Positions 59,044 to 64,000 of a stretch of 64,000 bases of DNA are shown in pieces. The DNA is from Spirochaetota bacterium (GTDB lineage: Bacteria; Spirochaetota; UBA4802; JAFGDQ01), in contig JAZDKB010000019.1 of the NCBI GenBank assembly GCA_043803405.1, positions 64,001 through 128,000 on the forward strand, written 5' to 3'. The notes under the pieces were generated by a model. The model did no database searches, had not been told where the DNA came from, and saw only the letters and a list, made by a program, of their open reading frames with translations. A program made the position numbers and the translations under genes. Position 1 is the first letter of the stretch. Every line of letters starts with the position of its first letter.

Positions 59044-59071
59044 TTGACTTTATAGTAAATCTAAATATAAT
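59044..59071 (+). promoter_or_regulatory. Putative sigma70 promoter of fadD
   Basis: TTGACT-16 bp-TATAAT. Confidence 0.55.
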
Positions 59072-59278
59072 TTTTTACAAAAAAACCTGCCGGTAATTTA
59101 CTTTTTTTATTGTTATTCTCAAGTCAGAATGTATAATAAGAGTGTAATTACATTATTTCTGCTTTAGTATTTAAATAAAGAACGCACACAATAAAAAGTA
59201 AAATTATAATGCTCGTACTAAGAGCTTTTAAGCAGTTAAAAATTTAGTAATAAAAAAAGTTAAATACAGGAGTCCGCA

Positions 59279-60979
59279 ATGGCAGTAAAAGGTAAAAAGA
59301 TAAGATATCAGGATAAACCGTGGTTAAAATTTTACGAAAAAGGCGTAGCGACAGAGATAAAATACGAAAAATTGACTCTGCCCGAATTTTTAGAAAGATC
59401 TGCAGCAAAGTATCCGGATAGGGAAGCTCTTAATTTCGAGGGATATACAGTCACATATAAAGAATTAAATGAAATGGTAAACCGCTTTGCAACATGCCTT
59501 ACAGATTTCGGAATAAAAAAAGGAGACAGGGTCGCTATTCTATTACCCAATATGATTCAGTGTGTTGTCAGTTATTTCGCAACATTAAGACTTGGGGCTA
59601 TTGCCGTAATGAATAATCCTTTATATTCCGACCGCGAACTTCTCCATCAGTTTAATGATTCAGGATCCGTAATTCTAATTACAATTGATCTTCTTGGAAA
59701 TCGGATGATAGATCTGAAGTCCAAATCAAAAATAAAAAAAATAATAATTGCTTCCATTGGAGATTATCTTCCTTTCCCGAAAAGTTTGCTTTTCCCGCTG
59801 GTTGCCAAAAGACAAAAGTTTGCTGCAGATGTAAAACCGGCTCCGGATGTTTATAAATGGAAAGGAATTATTACCAAATACCCGCCGAATCCACCATCAC
59901 TGCACATCGATTTAAATAGTATCGCTATGTATCAATACACCGGAGGTACAACAGGAGTGACTAAAGCCGCGATGCTTACCCACAAAAATATGAGCAGACA
60001 GGTTCAGCAAATCGGCGAGTGGTTCAAGACTTTCGTCCCTAATCATGAAATTATGCTTGGAGCATTGCCTTTTTTCCATGTATTTGGACTTACAACATCA
60101 ATGAATTTTGCGATATACGCAGGATGGGGAAATATTTTAGTCCCAAAACCTCAACCCAATGCCCTTCTTAAAGCCATACGAAAATATAAACCGACTTTTG
60201 TTCCGCTTGTTCCAACAATGTATATCGGCATATTAGAGCACCCTGCGATCGACAAAACAGATATTACTTCCATTGAAGGATGCTTCTCCGGAAGCGCCCC
60301 GCTGCCTGTGGAAGTAATAAAAGATTTTGAGGGTAGGACCGGCGGAATTATTGTGGAAGGATTTGGGCTTACCGAAGCATCGCCGGTAACACACGTTAAT
60401 CCTTTCAGAGGGAAAAGAAAGATTGGGAGCATTGGACTTCCCCTGCCCGATACAGAATGTAAAATTGTTGACCTTGATAAAGGGATAAAGGAAATGCCAG
60501 TGGGCGAGGCCGGAGAGTTAGTAGTAAAAGGCCCTCAGGTAATGAAATCTTACAGCAGGATGCAGGAAGAAACTAAGATAGCGATAAGAAACGGATGGCT
60601 ATATACCGGAGATATTGCAAAGATGGACGAGGAGGGCTATTTCTATATAGTTGACAGGAAAAAGGATATGATTATATCAGGCGGTTTTAATATATATCCC
60701 CGCGATGTCGAAGAAGTATTATACGAAAACCCAAAGGTTCTGGAAGCATGCGCTATTGGTATTCCTCACCCCAAACGCGGCGAGCAGGTTAAAGTTTTTA
60801 TTGTTTTAAAGGTAGGGCAGGCTGCTACACAGGAAGAAATGATTGCTTTTTGCAAACCTAAGCTTGCGTATTATAAGCTGCCTGCTGTAGTAGAATTCAG
60901 AAAGGATCTTCCAAAAACCAATGTTGGTAAAATTTTACGTAAGGAATTGCGCGACCAGGAACTTGCTAAGTTAAAATAA
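59279..60979 (+). CDS. fadD: Long-chain fatty acid-CoA ligase
   Basis: YTGGTTGVTK, EGFGLTEASP, TGDIA, DRKKDMII, LPKTNVGKILR. Confidence 0.93.
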   Translation: MAVKGKKIRYQDKPWLKFYEKGVATEIKYEKLTLPEFLERSAAKYPDREALNFEGYTVTYKELNEMVNRFATCLTDFGIKKGDRVAILLPNMIQCVVSYFATLRLGAIAVMNNPLYSDRELLHQFNDSGSVILITIDLLGNRMIDLKSKSKIKKIIIASIGDYLPFPKSLLFPLVAKRQKFAADVKPAPDVYKWKGIITKYPPNPPSLHIDLNSIAMYQYTGGTTGVTKAAMLTHKNMSRQVQQIGEWFKTFVPNHEIMLGALPFFHVFGLTTSMNFAIYAGWGNILVPKPQPNALLKAIRKYKPTFVPLVPTMYIGILEHPAIDKTDITSIEGCFSGSAPLPVEVIKDFEGRTGGIIVEGFGLTEASPVTHVNPFRGKRKIGSIGLPLPDTECKIVDLDKGIKEMPVGEAGELVVKGPQVMKSYSRMQEETKIAIRNGWLYTGDIAKMDEEGYFYIVDRKKDMIISGGFNIYPRDVEEVLYENPKVLEACAIGIPHPKRGEQVKVFIVLKVGQAATQEEMIAFCKPKLAYYKLPAVVEFRKDLPKTNVGKILRKELRDQELAKLK

Positions 60980-61016
60980 AATCTATTATAAAAATATATT
61001 AATGTCTAATAACAAT

Positions 61017-61049
61017 AAAAAACCTCCCTTTTTTAAGGGAGGTTTTTTT
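61017..61049. terminator. Bidirectional Rho-independent terminator
   Basis: AAAAAACCTCCCTT-TTTT-AAGGGAGGTTTTTTT between convergent genes. Confidence 0.9.
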
Positions 61050-61070
61050 AAATAACTATTTTAAAAAGGA

Positions 61071-62243
61071 TCATCGATTCGCAAAAATGTCGTTTTCCCA
61101 CTTGCCTTTTTTTACATTTCCGTCAAAATAACAATAATATATCCCTTCACCCTGTCTCAGTCCGTTTTGCCATTTCCCTACGTATTTGTCCCCATTTGCA
61201 TAAAACATTGTTCCTGTCCCATGCTGTTCATCATTGAACCACTCGCCTTTATAAACATTGCCGTTTGTGAATGTATAAACTCCATATCCGTTCATTTTAT
61301 CTTCTTTCCAGTTGCCTTCGTATTTGCCGCCTGCCCAACGCGATTGCTTGCCATACATAAAAGCACCCTTGCCGTGTCTTTTGCCATCCTTCCATTCTCC
61401 GGTGTAAGTATCCCCGTTAGGATAAATATAAGTAGTCCCTTTCCATTGGCCGGCAGGTTTCCCGGAAGCCAGAACATCGCCAGCAGGACGAATCAGTTCT
61501 CCTTCTTTCCATTCACCCTTGTAAATTTCACCGTTGGCATATATCATGACTCCCTGGCCGTGCTGTTCATTGTTTTTCCAGAGTCCGGTATATTTATTGC
61601 CATTAGCATAAGTATATGTACCTTTGCCTTCAATCCTGTCATAAGCCCATTGGCCGTCATATAAATCACCGTTGGAAAAATTCATTTTACCAGGTCCGTG
61701 CATTTTCCCTTCTGTCCATTGACCGATATATTTATTTCCGTTGGAGAATATATAAGTCCCCTGGCCGTGCATTAAATCATATTGCCATTGACCTATGTAT
61801 TTATTTCCTGCCCATTTTGAATTTTTATCTATAGTGAATGTGCCGTAATTCTTCCAGCCGTCTTTCCATGTTCCTTCGAATTTATTTCCGTTATAATAAT
61901 GAATAACTCCGTCTCCATCCGGAAGTCCGTTTTTCCAGTTTCCGATGTATTTATTACCGTTGGCATAGGTATATGTTCCATCGCCGTGTTTAAAACCATC
62001 CTTCCAGTATCCGCTATAAACATTGCCGACCCATTCCGAATTTTTTCCAAGAATTAAGGTCCCGTAACCATTGTGTTTATCGCTTTTCCATTCTCCTTTA
62101 TATATATCGCCGTTATGGTATATGCAGGTGCCTCTTCCATCCCGTAAGTTATTCTTGTATTCACCGATATATCTGCCGCTGCATGCCAGGGTCACAGAGA
62201 AGAACAAGGCAATCGTTGTAATTAAAGATAAATATTTTTTCAT
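61071..62243 (-). CDS. MORN-repeat lipoprotein
   Basis: Lipobox TLA-C21 and about 14 MORN repeats in two blocks. Confidence 0.9.
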   Translation of the reverse strand: MKKYLSLITTIALFFSVTLACSGRYIGEYKNNLRDGRGTCIYHNGDIYKGEWKSDKHNGYGTLILGKNSEWVGNVYSGYWKDGFKHGDGTYTYANGNKYIGNWKNGLPDGDGVIHYYNGNKFEGTWKDGWKNYGTFTIDKNSKWAGNKYIGQWQYDLMHGQGTYIFSNGNKYIGQWTEGKMHGPGKMNFSNGDLYDGQWAYDRIEGKGTYTYANGNKYTGLWKNNEQHGQGVMIYANGEIYKGEWKEGELIRPAGDVLASGKPAGQWKGTTYIYPNGDTYTGEWKDGKRHGKGAFMYGKQSRWAGGKYEGNWKEDKMNGYGVYTFTNGNVYKGEWFNDEQHGTGTMFYANGDKYVGKWQNGLRQGEGIYYCYFDGNVKKGKWENDIFANR

Positions 62244-62474
62244 TTACTACACCTTTTAAGTAAAAGCTGTCTCTCTTTTGAGTAAAATATAAATGTTTGT
62301 TCTGTAACTGGAATAAGCAATGGAGGTCTTTGCAGCATATATTTTTATGTATTGTGGCCAATTTAAAAGTTAATTTAAAAAATTCAATTAAAAAATTATT
62401 TATTTTTAATATTTCCTATAATGTTAAACTGTAAAAAAACAGGCTTATATATTGAAAATACTCTAAATTAAATA

Positions 62475-62503
62475 TTGACGAATTAAATTTTTTTTATTAT
62501 ATT
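62475..62503 (+). promoter_or_regulatory. Putative sigma70 promoter of dnaG
   Basis: TTGACG-17 bp-TATATT. Confidence 0.45.
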
Positions 62504-62689
62504 GCAATGACAGAGTATTCTGTAAGAATGATTCAAATACATCTTCAAAGAAACCGCATCAGTTAACCCGGACTTAATATCCGGTAAATAAACTATATCA
62601 AATTGAAAAAATAAAAGTATTTGGGAGTAATAGAATACCCCGTTGGATTTTTATTCAAATTTTTATTTAAATACAAATAAGGATTAATT

Positions 62690-64000
62690 TTGCCTATACC
62701 TCGTGAGACAATCGAATTAGTCAGAGAAAGAGCTCAAATTGAAGAGATTATTAAACGCTACGTTCCGACATTAAAAAAAAACGGAAATAATTTTACAGCG
62801 CTTTGCCCTTTTCATAAAGAGAAAACACCTTCTTTCAGCGTTTCGCCAGAAAAGCAGATATTTTATTGTTTTGGATGTAACGCAGGCGGAAATGTATTTT
62901 CATTTATTTCCAAGATTGAAGGTTTAACATTTCCTGAGAGTGTTAAGTTTGTCGGAGAATTAGTTGGCATTAAAGTTGAGAACAAACCTGACGGGAAATC
63001 CGATCAAAAGGAAGATAAATTAGAAAGACTTAAAACTATTAATCGCTCTGCAATGGATTTTTTTCATAATATTCTTGTTTCAGAACCCGGTAGCAGAGGT
63101 TTAAATTACATAATTAAAAGAGGAGTTTCGGAGGAGGCTATAAAAGAATTCAGGCTTGGATTTTCTCCTGACTCGTGGAATCATCTGACTAATTATTTAA
63201 CAAATAATAAAATGCCTTTAGGTTTATCTTTCGAAATCGGGCTTCTGGGTTCAAAGGATAAACAAAATTACTATGATAAATTCAGAAATCGGGTAATGTT
63301 CCCGATTATTAATCATAGAAATGAAGTAGTTGCGTTCGGCGGCCGTGCAATTGACGGGACGGAGCCGAAATACTTAAATTCGCAGGAATCGGTTATTTAT
63401 AAAAAAAGGGAAGTGCTGTATGGGCTGAACATTGCCAAGCAGTATATTTCCGAATACAAAAGAGCCATAATTGTTGAAGGTTATCTCGATGTAATAGGAT
63501 GTCATCAGGCAGGCATTAAAAATGTTGTGGCACCGCTCGGTACGGCACTTACAATTGATCAGTTAAAACTATTATCGAGGTATTGTAAAGAGGTTATTCT
63601 GCTTTTCGACGCGGATTCCGCAGGAATAAAAGCGTCTGTCAGGTCCATTGATATTTTTAAAAATATAAATCTGGATGTTAAAATCGCAGTGCTACCGGAA
63701 TATGATCCTTTTGAGTTTATCGGGAAAAAAGGCGTCAGGGAATTCATGGTTATAGTTGATAAAGCCTTAAATCCCATTGACTATCAAATAATGAGGATTG
63801 TTGAGGACGGTAAAAGGATGGATAATAAACTCAACCTTCTATTGGAAATATTTAAAATAATCGGAAATATTGAATTTGAGACCGAGCAGCAGGAATATTT
63901 AAAAAAAACCGGAATTATTCTTGGCATACCTGAAAATTCCGTCAGAGCGGATTTCATTAAATATTCAAAGAAAGGGAATAAAATAAAAAAAGAATTTGTT
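62690..64000 (+). CDS. dnaG: DNA primase, 3'-truncated by the window edge
   Basis: TTG start after AAGGA. Zn finger CPFHKEKTPSF...YCFGC, FRNRVMFPI, FGGR, KYLNS, VEGYLDV, FDADSAG. Missing from the ORF track because there is no stop in the window. Confidence 0.97.
   Translation, partial: MPIPRETIELVRERAQIEEIIKRYVPTLKKNGNNFTALCPFHKEKTPSFSVSPEKQIFYCFGCNAGGNVFSFISKIEGLTFPESVKFVGELVGIKVENKPDGKSDQKEDKLERLKTINRSAMDFFHNILVSEPGSRGLNYIIKRGVSEEAIKEFRLGFSPDSWNHLTNYLTNNKMPLGLSFEIGLLGSKDKQNYYDKFRNRVMFPIINHRNEVVAFGGRAIDGTEPKYLNSQESVIYKKREVLYGLNIAKQYISEYKRAIIVEGYLDVIGCHQAGIKNVVAPLGTALTIDQLKLLSRYCKEVILLFDADSAGIKASVRSIDIFKNINLDVKIAVLPEYDPFEFIGKKGVREFMVIVDKALNPIDYQIMRIVEDGKRMDNKLNLLLEIFKIIGNIEFETEQQEYLKKTGIILGIPENSVRADFIKYSKKGNKIKKEFV

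Overview
This is an AT-rich bacterial chromosome segment. The gene content and order resemble a Leptospira-like spirochaete, which is an inference. The first ~8.5 kb is an accessory, defence-type island with all genes on the + strand. It contains a 5'-truncated DUF2075 helicase-like gene, a CsgG/FlgO-like plus C2-like lipoprotein, an hsdS remnant, a Hachiman-like nuclease/Ski2-helicase pair and two addiction-module/RelE-ParE toxin-antitoxin units, one with a nonsense-mutated toxin. A family of GC-rich, modular, attC-like repeats sits just after stop codons in this island. The remainder is mostly core, envelope and signalling genes. These include a DMT transporter, a TetR-controlled LolD/LolE/LolA-like plus outer-membrane export operon, a small RxxxR-repeat membrane protein, a CysRS paralogue with an altered active site, rpe, glmS and two MORN proteins. 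There is also a FadL-like porin, a che operon lacking MCP and CheR that ends in an internally duplicated helical protein, a class III cyclase and a hybrid kinase-PP2C. Further along are argB, a UAP-type pyrophosphorylase, an amidase, degP, rpsF-rpsR-DUF2232-rplI-dnaB-mlaE-pcm, pfk, two HD-GYP paralogues, fadD and a 3'-truncated dnaG. I saw no rRNA, tRNA, CRISPR array, integrase or transposase. All family calls come from reading motifs by eye, not from database searches.
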